From: a virus
Taxonomy: Duplodnaviria; Caudoviricetes
Length of the DNA: 29,186 nucleotides
Virus record (IMG/VR): IMGVR_UViG_3300037467_000879
Coordinates: 1-29,186 of that record
Strand: one strand, 5' to 3'
Shown: piece after piece, positions 16,008-23,608 of the stretch
Position numbering within the stretch: position 1 is the first letter of the stretch
Layout: every line of letters starts with the position of its first letter
The notes under the pieces: model-generated
What the model saw: only the letters and a program-made list of their open reading frames with translations
What the model was told of the DNA's origin: nothing
The model's database searches: none
Translations under genes and position numbers: made by a program

Positions 16008-17401
16008 AGCTCAGGATGCAAGGCGCAGAGCGCAAGGCGAAGATCACGAAGCTCAGCGACGAGCAATGGGCGGAAATCCTCGCATATCGTGACGAGGCGC
16101 TGAGGAAGGCGCTGACGCCCGGCCCCGCCGACATCGAGGCGGCGCGCCTGGCCTTCGACAAAATGTGCGATGCCGTCGGGGAAAAGCGTCGGCCGATCTT
16201 CCGCTTCAGCAGCCCCCTGATCGCCATCCTGGCAATGCCGTTCGTGATCTCGGCGCTGACGCAGCAGCAACTCCCTACAGTTGCTGAACGCCAGCTCGAC
16301 AGCCAGCTCCGCAGCCAGCTCGGCAGCCAGCTCGGCAGCCAGCTCGACAGCCAGCTCTACAGCCAGCTCCGCAGCCAGCTCGGCAGCCAGCTCCGCAGCC
16401 AGCTCGACAGCCAGCTCGGCAGCCAGCTCCGCAGCCAGCTCGACAGCCAGCTCGGCAGCCAGCTCTACAGCCAGCTCGACAGCCAGCTCCGCAGCCAGCT
16501 CCGCAGCCAGCTCGGCAGCCAGCTCCGCAGCCAGCTCGACAGCCAGCTCGGCAGCCAGCTCGACAGCCAGCTCTACAGCCAGCTCCGCAGCCAGCTCGGC
16601 AGCCAGCTCTACAGCCAGCTCGACAGCCAGCTCCGCAGCCAGCTCCGCAGCCAGCTCGGCAGCCAGCTCCGCAGCCAGCTCGACAGCCAGCTCGGCAGCC
16701 AGCTCGACAGCCAGCTCCGCAGCCAGCTCGACAGCCAGCTCGACAGCAAGCTCGGCAGCCAGCTCGACAATGCGACCTATTATCGCCGTTACGGTCACTG
16801 CGAGATGGGCTGGTGGGCCTACTGGCGCGGCGGAGAAATGGCCGGTGCATTCTACTCGCACGCCGAGCGCGAACGACTCGGATGGTGGCTCACGGTCAGC
16901 GAGACCTGCGGCTGGTGGTGGCCAATGGAGAGCTGCATCATCGTCGCCGGTAGACCTGAAACGCGCTGGGACGATCAGCGGCTCCTGCACTGCGAGAACG
17001 GCCCGGCGATCGACTTCGACGATGGCTGCGAGGTTTATTCATGGCACGGCGTCCAGGTCCCCAAGGAATGGATCACCGAGAAGGCGATTACGCCGCAGCA
17101 GGCTCTTACCTGGGAGAATATCGAGCAGCGCCGCGCGGCCTGCGAGATCCTCGGCTGGAACCGTATCATCAGCGAGCTCGGCGGCATCACCATAGACCGG
17201 GACGACGACCCGCAAGTCGGCGAGCTGATCCGCGTAGCCATTCCCGAGATCGGCGAGGAAAAGTTCCTGCGCGTGCGCTGCGGAACCGGGCGCGAATTCG
17301 CGCTGCCGGTGCCTCCGAACATGAAGACGGCACTCGAGGCAAATGCATGGACCTACGGGATCGACGGCAACGCGCTGCGCGGTCTCGAAGTACGAACCTG
17401 A
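16004..17401 (+). CDS. DUF6745-type protein with 40 internal SQL[D/R/G/Y] tetrapeptide repeats
   Basis: N-terminal KLSDEQWA..YRD...PAD...SP, then the repeat block, then CGWWWP...LHCENGPAIDFDDG..VYSWHGV...NIEQRRA...VPP...A.AWTYG...RT. GTG start overlaps the nuclease stop. Confidence 0.85.
   Translation: MKLRMQGAERKAKITKLSDEQWAEILAYRDEALRKALTPGPADIEAARLAFDKMCDAVGEKRRPIFRFSSPLIAILAMPFVISALTQQQLPTVAERQLDSQLRSQLGSQLGSQLDSQLYSQLRSQLGSQLRSQLDSQLGSQLRSQLDSQLGSQLYSQLDSQLRSQLRSQLGSQLRSQLDSQLGSQLDSQLYSQLRSQLGSQLYSQLDSQLRSQLRSQLGSQLRSQLDSQLGSQLDSQLRSQLDSQLDSKLGSQLDNATYYRRYGHCEMGWWAYWRGGEMAGAFYSHAERERLGWWLTVSETCGWWWPMESCIIVAGRPETRWDDQRLLHCENGPAIDFDDGCEVYSWHGVQVPKEWITEKAITPQQALTWENIEQRRAACEILGWNRIISELGGITIDRDDDPQVGELIRVAIPEIGEEKFLRVRCGTGREFALPVPPNMKTALEANAWTYGIDGNALRGLEVRT
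16289..16768 (+). repeat. 40 x 12-bp in-frame tandem repeat AGCCAGCTC(GAC/CGC/GGC/TAC)
   Basis: Counted directly: 480 bp, variable codons D x13, R x12, G x11, Y x4. The constant part differs only in unit 1 (CGC) and unit 39 (AAG). Confidence 0.98.
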
Positions 17402-17424
17402 ACGATCAATCAAGGAGAGCGGCT

Positions 17425-17790
17425 ATGAAGGAATTCAAGAAAATTGCGGCGCAGGGCGACATGATGCTGATCCGCATCGAGGTACTGCCCGAGGGCGCGC
17501 AGGAAGTTGCGGCGGTCAACGGCCGGCACACGCTGGCCCATAGTGAGACGGGCCACGATCACATAGTGATGGAGCGGCCGACCGTTCGCGCCTTCAAGGC
17601 GATGGATGAGTTTCAGGCAATGCTCGAAGGTCGCCCGGCGCTCTTCCTCGTGGTCGAGGACGAGCCAGCAGAGCTTAAGCACTTGCGCGATTTCGACACG
17701 CACGAGAGCGTCAAAATCGAGCCCGGCATCTACGAGGTCAGGCGCCAGCGGGAATATACGCCCGAGGGCTTCCGGCGGGCGGCTGACTGA
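17425..17790 (+). CDS. His-rich conserved protein (QGD...HSETGHDH...H...RRQREY), partner of the DUF6745 gene
   Basis: AAGGAG RBS; MKEFKKIAAQGDMML...LAHSETGHDH...LKHLRDFDTHESVKIEPGIYEVRRQREYTPEGFRRAAD. Confidence 0.85.
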   Translation: MKEFKKIAAQGDMMLIRIEVLPEGAQEVAAVNGRHTLAHSETGHDHIVMERPTVRAFKAMDEFQAMLEGRPALFLVVEDEPAELKHLRDFDTHESVKIEPGIYEVRRQREYTPEGFRRAAD

Positions 17791-17792
17791 CC

Positions 17793-18809
17793 GTGACCTT
17801 CTCATTCCGTCCCGCACGCCGCGAAGGCGTTCCGCTACTCATCGGGCTTGCTGGCTCGTCGGGGAGCGGCAAGACCTACAGCGCGCTCGAGCTCGCCACC
17901 GGCATTGCATCCGTGACCGGCGGCAAGATCGCCTTCATCGACACGGAGCGGCGGCGCGGGCTGCATTACGCCGACCGCTTCGACTTCATGCACGCCGAGC
18001 TGGACCCGCCGTTTCGTCCTGGCCGCTACGAGGAAGCGCTGAAGGCCGCCGAGGACGCGGGCGTGTCTGTCGTCGTCGTCGACAGCTTCAGCCACGAATA
18101 TGAAGGCGAAGGCGGGATCCTCGATTGGGCCGCCGAAGAGGAGCGCGCGGGCAAGAAACCGCCATCGCAATGGATCGTGCCGAAGTCCGCGCACAAGGGT
18201 CTCGTCAACCACATGCTGCGCGCCAAGCCGCACATCATCGTCTGCCTGCGCGCCGAAGAGAAGATGCAGCTCGTCCGCAAGCCGAAGCTCGACCGCGACG
18301 GCAATCAGGAAATCTGGAAGGGCAAGCCGCAGTTCATCACAGAAGTGATCGCCGCCGCCGACAGGCCGATCGACGAGCGCTGGCATCCGATCTGCGAAAA
18401 GCGCTTCCCGTATGAAATCACGACGTCGCTGCTGCTGCTGCCGAGTAACCCGGGCGTGCCAGTCCCGCTGAAGCTGCAGGAGCAACACAAGGCAGCGTTT
18501 CCGAATGGCCAGCCGATCACGCGCGAGGCCGGGCGCTTTCTCGCTGCCTGGGCAAAGGGCGAGCCGGTGAGCACACCGAGTCCGCAAGCCGAAGGGCGCG
18601 CTCCCTCGCGAGACGAAGCCAGTGAGGACTGGACGCGCAAATATATCGCCAAGGTCGAGCAGTGCCCCGACATCGAGGCGCTGATGGCGCTGCAGGCGCG
18701 CTGGTCGGAGAACCTGGCTGGGCTCAAGAGCGCTCGGCCGGACCTGCACGATCAGGCCGTCGACGCCGGCAGCAAGCGGGCGCGCGAGCTTCAGGAACTG
18801 GCGGCATGA
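17793..18809 (+). CDS. AAA_24/Sak4-like P-loop ATPase (phage recombination)
   Basis: Walker A GSSGSGKT, IDTE, Walker B VVVVDSFSHE; in the same operon as the RecE-like nuclease. Confidence 0.88.
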   Translation: MTFSFRPARREGVPLLIGLAGSSGSGKTYSALELATGIASVTGGKIAFIDTERRRGLHYADRFDFMHAELDPPFRPGRYEEALKAAEDAGVSVVVVDSFSHEYEGEGGILDWAAEEERAGKKPPSQWIVPKSAHKGLVNHMLRAKPHIIVCLRAEEKMQLVRKPKLDRDGNQEIWKGKPQFITEVIAAADRPIDERWHPICEKRFPYEITTSLLLLPSNPGVPVPLKLQEQHKAAFPNGQPITREAGRFLAAWAKGEPVSTPSPQAEGRAPSRDEASEDWTRKYIAKVEQCPDIEALMALQARWSENLAGLKSARPDLHDQAVDAGSKRARELQELAA

Positions 18810-18976
18810 TCTACCTGGCCGTCGACAACACGAAGCCGCAGCTTCCACTCGCCGCGAACGACGATGATCCGGAGCACATGGCCGAGTTCGGTCGGGCGTT
18901 CAGCCGAGCCCTCAATCGCCTTGCTTGGCTGGCGTTCTGGATCGGGCTCGGGCTGGTCGCGGGAGTGGCGATATGA
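18806..18976 (+). CDS. Small membrane protein (56 aa)
   Basis: MIYLAVDN...LAWLAFWIGLGLVAGVAI; ATGA overlaps. Confidence 0.7.
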   Translation: MIYLAVDNTKPQLPLAANDDDPEHMAEFGRAFSRALNRLAWLAFWIGLGLVAGVAI

Positions 18977-19182
18977 AGTTCTACGTCAAGGTGATCGCCG
19001 CGCCGTCTGTCCCGGGCAAGAAGGCGCTCGCCCTCTGCGCCGAAGATGGAACGGTTGTGGGCAGGCAGCGCCAATGCACCGTTGATTGTGAGGCGTGCGA
19101 AATTGGTCTGCTGAAGGTGACGTTCTTCATCGACGGCGAGACGCTCATCTTCGCTGACAATGACGAGGAGGTCGCCGCTTGA
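18973..19182 (+). CDS. Hypothetical protein (69 aa)
   Basis: GGGAG RBS; MKFYVKV...; coupled overlaps. Confidence 0.7.
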   Translation: MKFYVKVIAAPSVPGKKALALCAEDGTVVGRQRQCTVDCEACEIGLLKVTFFIDGETLIFADNDEEVAA

Positions 19183-19382
19183 CCGCCCTCTCGCCCCTGA
19201 TCCACTTCGCCCTGACGCTAGCGGACGGCCTCGACGCCGCTTGCGATGAAATGCCGGAACCCGCGTGCACGGATGCGCGGATCACGCTCAGCGGCTTTGC
19301 GCGCGGGCTGCAGATAGCCGCAGAGAAGCTCAAGGGCGAAGAGGCCGAGCGCGAGCGTCGGATGATGGAGCGCGTTGAATGA
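19179..19382 (+). CDS. Hypothetical protein (67 aa)
   Basis: GAGGAGG RBS and TTG start overlapping the upstream stop. Confidence 0.7.
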   Translation: MTALSPLIHFALTLADGLDAACDEMPEPACTDARITLSGFARGLQIAAEKLKGEEAERERRMMERVE

Positions 19383-19525
19383 AGGCGCTGAGGGCCCTCT
19401 TCCGCTTCTACACGCACTTCGGCGCTGGCTTCGTGGTCGGCGGGATTTACGTCGGGATGCTCATGATGCTGTGGATCGCAGCGCCTGCTGCTGCTCACGC
19501 TCTGATGCGGGTAGTGATGCGGTGA
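19379..19525 (+). CDS. Small membrane protein (48 aa; not in ORF track)
   Basis: MKALRALFRFYTHFGAGFVVGGIYVGMLMMLWIAAPAAAHALMRVVMR; GGAG RBS; ATGA and GTGA overlaps fill the gap exactly. Confidence 0.65.
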   Translation: MKALRALFRFYTHFGAGFVVGGIYVGMLMMLWIAAPAAAHALMRVVMR

Positions 19526-19689
19526 GCGCGCCAATCAGACGAGCCTGCGACCAATGCCTCGGCACGGATACACAATACGAGTGCGAGCGCGGGCATTGCT
19601 ACGCAGAGCATTGGCAGCGGCAGCAGGAAGAGCGCTGGCGAGAGGAAGAATGGCAGCGCCGCCAAGACGACACTGAAGAGGATTGGTGA
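19522..19689 (+). CDS. Small Cys-rich protein (55 aa)
   Basis: GTG start; CDQC...CERGHC followed by an acidic Trp-rich tail. Confidence 0.55.
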   Translation: MSAPIRRACDQCLGTDTQYECERGHCYAEHWQRQQEERWREEEWQRRQDDTEEDW

Positions 19690-19868
19690 TGCCTGGTCCT
19701 GAAGCAATTCCGCCGCCTCGCGCTCCGTTCGCCTATCCACGAGGCGAGCGCTTCCGCAGGGATGATCCTGATGAGACTGAGGGTCGGCGCCTATATCGCT
19801 CGCTTGCTAGCGGCCAAGCTCGGATGGCGATGGCTCTTGCTCGCCGCATGGGACTGAAGTCCGCCTAA
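19689..19868 (+). CDS. Hypothetical protein (59 aa)
   Basis: GAGGA RBS; TGATG and TAATG coupling. Confidence 0.6.
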   Translation: MPGPEAIPPPRAPFAYPRGERFRRDDPDETEGRRLYRSLASGQARMAMALARRMGLKSA

Positions 19869-20074
19869 TGGCCACCCGCCTGCCTCAGACGCCAACCTTG
19901 CGCGCTCAGCGCTTCATCGAGGCGAATAGCACCGCGCGCCTCACGTACATGTCGACTGACGGCGACGGCTGCTCGTACCGGCTTGAGGACGGGCAGCGGT
20001 TCGATCTGTCCACGCTCGATTGCATGTCGATGGCGGATTATCAGCCGCGCTGGCGGCACTTGGAGGCGGCATGA
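19868..20074 (+). CDS. Hypothetical protein (68 aa)
   Basis: Coupled to both neighbours. Confidence 0.65.
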   Translation: MATRLPQTPTLRAQRFIEANSTARLTYMSTDGDGCSYRLEDGQRFDLSTLDCMSMADYQPRWRHLEAA

Positions 20075-20262
20075 CGGCGCGCGCCACCTTCCGCCAGGAT
20101 GACGTTTCCCGTGCATGTAAGGGCGTGAAGGCGGCCGGACTGCCGGTCGCCCGCGTCGTCGTTGTGGAAGGCCGGATCGAGGTTATTGTCGGCGATCCCG
20201 AGTCGGACATCGACGCGCCGGCTCCCAACCCGCTGGACCGGCTGCATGGCGAAGAATCGTAA
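20071..20262 (+). CDS. Excisionase-like small protein
   Basis: GGAGG RBS; FRQDDVSRACKGVKAAGLPVARV...GRIEV pattern typical of genes directly preceding alphaproteobacterial phage integrases. Confidence 0.65.
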   Translation: MTARATFRQDDVSRACKGVKAAGLPVARVVVVEGRIEVIVGDPESDIDAPAPNPLDRLHGEES

Positions 20263-21334
20263 GCGCGACAAATACACATCGTTCGTCGTTGACCGGCACG
20301 GCCGCGAGCGATGCCGCTTCAGGCATGGCGGCGTGGATTGCTATCTGCCGCACCCGGCGACACCCGAATATCGCGCGGCCTACCAAGCGGCCCTCGCTGG
20401 CATCGTGCCCGACGCCGAGCCGAGGCATGTCCCGAAGTCGATCGGCGACCTGGTCAGCCGCTTCTATCGCAGCGCCACGTTCCTGAAGGCAGGGGAAGCG
20501 CATCAGCGCACCGTGCGCGGGATCATCGAACCGTTCCGTGCCGAGTTCGCCAACGACCTGGTCCCCAACTTCAAGTTCGATCACGTCGAAGTCATCCTGA
20601 AGCGCAAGGCGAAGAAGCGCATCGTTGGCAACCGGACGATTGGCGGTCCCGCCGCATCGTCAAACCTTCACGAGCAGCTGAAGCGGCTGTTCGCTTATGC
20701 GATGCGGCTCGGATGGATCAGCCGCAACCCGGCAGAAGAGGCGGAGCTGCCGGTCAAGCCCGCGCGCGTTGGCTTCCACAGCTGGACCGAGGAAGAGATC
20801 GCGGCATTCCAGCAGCGGCACCAGCTAGGCACGAAGCCTCGGCTCGCGCTCGAGCTGATGCTGTGGACGGGCCTCAGGCGCAGCGATGCCGTCCGCGTCG
20901 GGCCGCAGCACATCAAGGGCGGCCGGATCCGGCTCACGGCGGGAAAGACCGGCAAAATGGTCGACATGCTCGCAGCGCCGCCGCTGATCGCAGCGATTGC
21001 CGCGATGCCGGCCGTCGGCATGACGACGCTGCTCGTGACGGAATATGGGCGGCCATTCACGGCCGCAGGTTTTGGGGGATGGTTCCGCGATAGGTGCAAC
21101 GAGGCTGGACTGCCTCATTGCACGGCGCATGGGCTGCGGAAGGCCCTGGCACGTCGCGCTGCCGACTTGGGCGCCACTCAGCAGCAGCTGAAGGCGGTCG
21201 GGCAGTGGTCCAGCGACGGCATTGTGGCGACTTATGTCGCTGATGCTGAGCAGCGTGCGCTAGCGGACTCAGCAGTCGGTAGAGTGATTGAGTGGAGCGC
21301 CGGATTGTCCAACCTTGAGGGGGAAAAACCGTGA
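20246..21334 (+). CDS. int: Tyrosine integrase
   Basis: DRHGR N-terminus, TGLRRSD (Arg), GKTG (Lys), HGLRK, GQW and ATY (Tyr). Confidence 0.96.
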   Translation: MAKNRKRDKYTSFVVDRHGRERCRFRHGGVDCYLPHPATPEYRAAYQAALAGIVPDAEPRHVPKSIGDLVSRFYRSATFLKAGEAHQRTVRGIIEPFRAEFANDLVPNFKFDHVEVILKRKAKKRIVGNRTIGGPAASSNLHEQLKRLFAYAMRLGWISRNPAEEAELPVKPARVGFHSWTEEEIAAFQQRHQLGTKPRLALELMLWTGLRRSDAVRVGPQHIKGGRIRLTAGKTGKMVDMLAAPPLIAAIAAMPAVGMTTLLVTEYGRPFTAAGFGGWFRDRCNEAGLPHCTAHGLRKALARRAADLGATQQQLKAVGQWSSDGIVATYVADAEQRALADSAVGRVIEWSAGLSNLEGEKP

Positions 21335-21469
21335 AGGTTGGACAATTTACGAGAGCGAATGGCAGGAGTGGAGGTTCTGCAGGAAGCCTTCGGAATCAAC
21401 GCCAAGATTGTCCAACCTGCCCCGTCGCGACCGCCTCTGCTCAGAGAGAGGCCCCGCGCAAATTGTCCA
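21303..21469. other. attP: core TGGCAGGAGTGGAGG (21360-21374) flanked by ATTGTCCAACCT arm-type repeats
   Basis: Core reverse complement CCTCCACTCCTGCCA looks like a tRNA 3' end (T-stem, acceptor strand, G discriminator, CCA). Repeats at 21304-21316, 21334-21346 (inverted), 21407-21418 and partial 21462-21469. Confidence 0.8.
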
Positions 21470-21485
21470 TGTTTTCACGCGCCAA

Positions 21486-22988
21486 CTAAGGCGCCGGCAC
21501 CACGACGTGATCGGGGAAATCCTGCGGCCACGGCGGACCGTTGGCGCCGATGATCTGCGTCCCGTTGCATTGGTCGCCGCCCGAGCCGCTGAGCTTCAGG
21601 TTGATACAGTTCGCGTGCCACGTCGCCTTCACCGTCGGGGACCAGGCTTCCCAATAATCCATGTGCCAAGTCGCGCCCGGAACGGCATTCGGCACCATCT
21701 CATCGCTCGACAAATGCCACTTGCCTGCGACGAAATTCGCGTCGGTGCGGAAGGCCGCCTGAACTTCGAGACTATCGATCAGGTACGGATGCGTTGTCGG
21801 GCAAGCGCGAAAGAACTGTCCCGCGTACATCGGCCCGTCAGCCATGCGCATGTGGCTGCGGTGGTCAGCTGAATCGACGTTCACTCCGTCCCAGCAGATT
21901 GGAGCAGCGGCGATGATCATCAGCAGAGCGCCGGAGGGACAGCCGGCCGCGCGCACCTCCTCGATATTGTGGTAGTAACCGGCGCCAGGGAAGCCCGGCG
22001 CGCCATCGTTTGTGGCCCAGCACTGATAGGTGATCGCGCCGCTGTCTTGGCTAGACAGATCGTTCGGGCCGCCGACGCCGGTTTTCATATTGTAGCCGAA
22101 CACGAAGCGGATGCCGTTGGGGAGATCCGTGCAGTTGCCGATGCCCCCCAGTTCCGGCGGCTTGCACATCGGATCGCTCTTCGGATTGCGCTTGTAATAG
22201 ACCTTGAGCCAGTTCGGCTTCACGACGCCATCTGCGCCGTCCATCATAGCCGGCATCCAATAAGCGGAGCGATTTTCCGGCACCGACCCGATGTCGCACG
22301 TCGAATCGCCAGTCGTGCGGAGCGAGGTGTAGTTCGAGCTCGCGTTCGCGCCCAGGTTGCCGAAGAACTGATGCAGGTGCGAAACGCCCGGCTGGCCCGG
22401 ATAGACGAGCGGATCGTCCTTGAGCAGCTGACCGGCGCCGCAGAAGAGGCGGAATGCGCCCACGGGATCAGCGCTCGCTGGCGCGATGCCACCGCGGCCG
22501 AGAGGTCCGTACCAAGTCTGCTCGATCCCTGCGGCCGTGTCGAAGTTGTCCGTGATGGCCGCCTCGCCAGTGGGACCGGGCAACGGCGTAGGCGTAGGCG
22601 TCGGCGCAGGAACTGGCGCGGGCTCAACGATGCTCCCGATCGCGCGCACAACCGACGATCCGCCGGCGACGGCCGCATTGAACGTGAGCGTGCCGGCCGC
22701 GTTCGCATTGGCCAGCGTGTGAACGGCTATGCTGAACGATGACGTGCCAGCGCTCAGATAAACCTGCTTGCTGACCGCCGTGTAGTCGGTGCCAGCTTTC
22801 GCGGTGTCGTCCGACGTCTGGAACAGGACATAGACGCCCTTGCCGCCCGAGACGCGGCTGATCGAGCACGGAACGTCCTGGCCAGCCGGAGCCGAGCCGC
22901 AGGCGAGAGAGAGTTGAGGGAGCGCCGCCCCGGCCGGAGTTGCGAGGGCAACGATGAATGCCGCAATGGCCGGCCGGAGCGCGCGCAT
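21486..22988 (-). CDS. Secreted Calx-beta + DUF1996 domain protein
   Basis: Signal peptide MRALRPAIAAFIVALATPAGA; TSDDTAKAGTDY Calx-beta motif; Pro/Thr linker; DDPLVYPGQPGVSHLHQFFGN, NRSAYWMP, PICWDGVNVDSADHRSHM and CPTTHP DUF1996 motifs. Confidence 0.85.
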   Translation of the reverse strand: MRALRPAIAAFIVALATPAGAALPQLSLACGSAPAGQDVPCSISRVSGGKGVYVLFQTSDDTAKAGTDYTAVSKQVYLSAGTSSFSIAVHTLANANAAGTLTFNAAVAGGSSVVRAIGSIVEPAPVPAPTPTPTPLPGPTGEAAITDNFDTAAGIEQTWYGPLGRGGIAPASADPVGAFRLFCGAGQLLKDDPLVYPGQPGVSHLHQFFGNLGANASSNYTSLRTTGDSTCDIGSVPENRSAYWMPAMMDGADGVVKPNWLKVYYKRNPKSDPMCKPPELGGIGNCTDLPNGIRFVFGYNMKTGVGGPNDLSSQDSGAITYQCWATNDGAPGFPGAGYYHNIEEVRAAGCPSGALLMIIAAAPICWDGVNVDSADHRSHMRMADGPMYAGQFFRACPTTHPYLIDSLEVQAAFRTDANFVAGKWHLSSDEMVPNAVPGATWHMDYWEAWSPTVKATWHANCINLKLSGSGGDQCNGTQIIGANGPPWPQDFPDHVVVPAP

Positions 22989-22991
22989 CGG

Positions 22992-23327
22992 TTAGGCCGC
23001 CGGCGGAGCTGCGTCGAGCAGCGCCTGCTCCATGTCGGCGATCTGCGAGGTCGCGTCGCTCAGCTTTTGCGTGAGGTCGGCAATCGTCGCTTCATGCCCG
23101 GCGCACTTCGCTTGCAGGTCGGACAGCTGCCCCTGAAGATCGCTGATCGTCTTGGCGTCGGCAGCGCTTTGGTCAGCGTGAGACGCGAGCGCGGCCTTGA
23201 TCCGTGCGATGGCGTCGGCAAATGCTTGGGATACCATTTCGAGTTCCTTCTCTGCTGTGTGGACGAGGGATTCGGCGGCGTGCTCGACCGCGAGGAATTC
23301 GCGTCGAAACCAATCGGCGAGGTTCAT
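22992..23327 (-). CDS. Coiled-coil hypothetical protein
   Basis: MNLADWF...; heptad-rich ISDLQGQLSDLQAK; ATGA overlap with the o-spanin stop. Confidence 0.75.
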   Translation of the reverse strand: MNLADWFRREFLAVEHAAESLVHTAEKELEMVSQAFADAIARIKAALASHADQSAADAKTISDLQGQLSDLQAKCAGHEATIADLTQKLSDATSQIADMEQALLDAAPPAA

Positions 23328-23608
23328 GGCTTGAGCACCTTCGGGCAGGCCGCATCTGCACCGCGCTCGACGTGCCAGCGGCAAACGCGGGCGAGCGCAT
23401 CCCGGCATGCCTGACCGGCTTCGCGCACGGCCTTGTCCCATGAAAGCCCGGTCGGATCGGCCGCCATCGCCGCGACGATGTCAGGCTCTGCGGGGCAGAC
23501 TAGGTCAGCAAGCGGGGGATGGCTGGCCGGCGTGGCGGGCGGCCTGTTGTTTGCGCACGCACTGATAGTAGGCAGCGCGAGGATCAGCGCCGCTGCGATG
23601 AGCTTCAT
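23324..23608 (-). CDS. o-spanin (Rz1-like lipoprotein)
   Basis: AGGAGG RBS; MKLIAAALILALPTISA-C lipobox; Pro-rich; starts inside the i-spanin gene. Confidence 0.8.
   Translation of the reverse strand: MKLIAAALILALPTISACANNRPPATPASHPPLADLVCPAEPDIVAAMAADPTGLSWDKAVREAGQACRDALARVCRWHVERGADAACPKVLKP

Noticed and set aside
16289-16768. CRISPR array or similar guide-RNA array
   Set aside because: Units are 12 bp with only 2 variable bases, there are no unique spacers and no cas-like genes, and the array is in frame within a protein.
16289-16768. Diversity-generating retroelement variable region (variable codons are all NNC, as from AAC templates)
   Set aside because: No reverse transcriptase or template repeat in the window. 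Adenines in the constant AGC CAG part are not diversified, and only four codon states recur in duplicated blocks.
15935-17195. Alternative-frame ORFs across the array (ELAA/ELAV 15935..16990 minus, RAGC/GAGC 16275..16850 minus, ASST/ASSA 16281..17195 plus)
   Set aside because: They are open only because the repeat lacks stops. Only the SQLx frame has coupled starts and recognisable flanking domains.
21340-21440. Complete tRNA gene at attP
   Set aside because: Only the last 15 nt resemble a tRNA; no TTCGA T-loop, anticodon arm or D-arm adjoins it.
21288-21872. Plus-strand ORFs across attP (21288..21872, 21338..21553)
   Set aside because: They span the recombination site and run antisense to the DUF1996 gene, with no recognisable features.
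22585-22625. GGCGTA-type hexamer repeats
   Set aside because: They simply encode the Pro/Thr linker of the DUF1996 protein.
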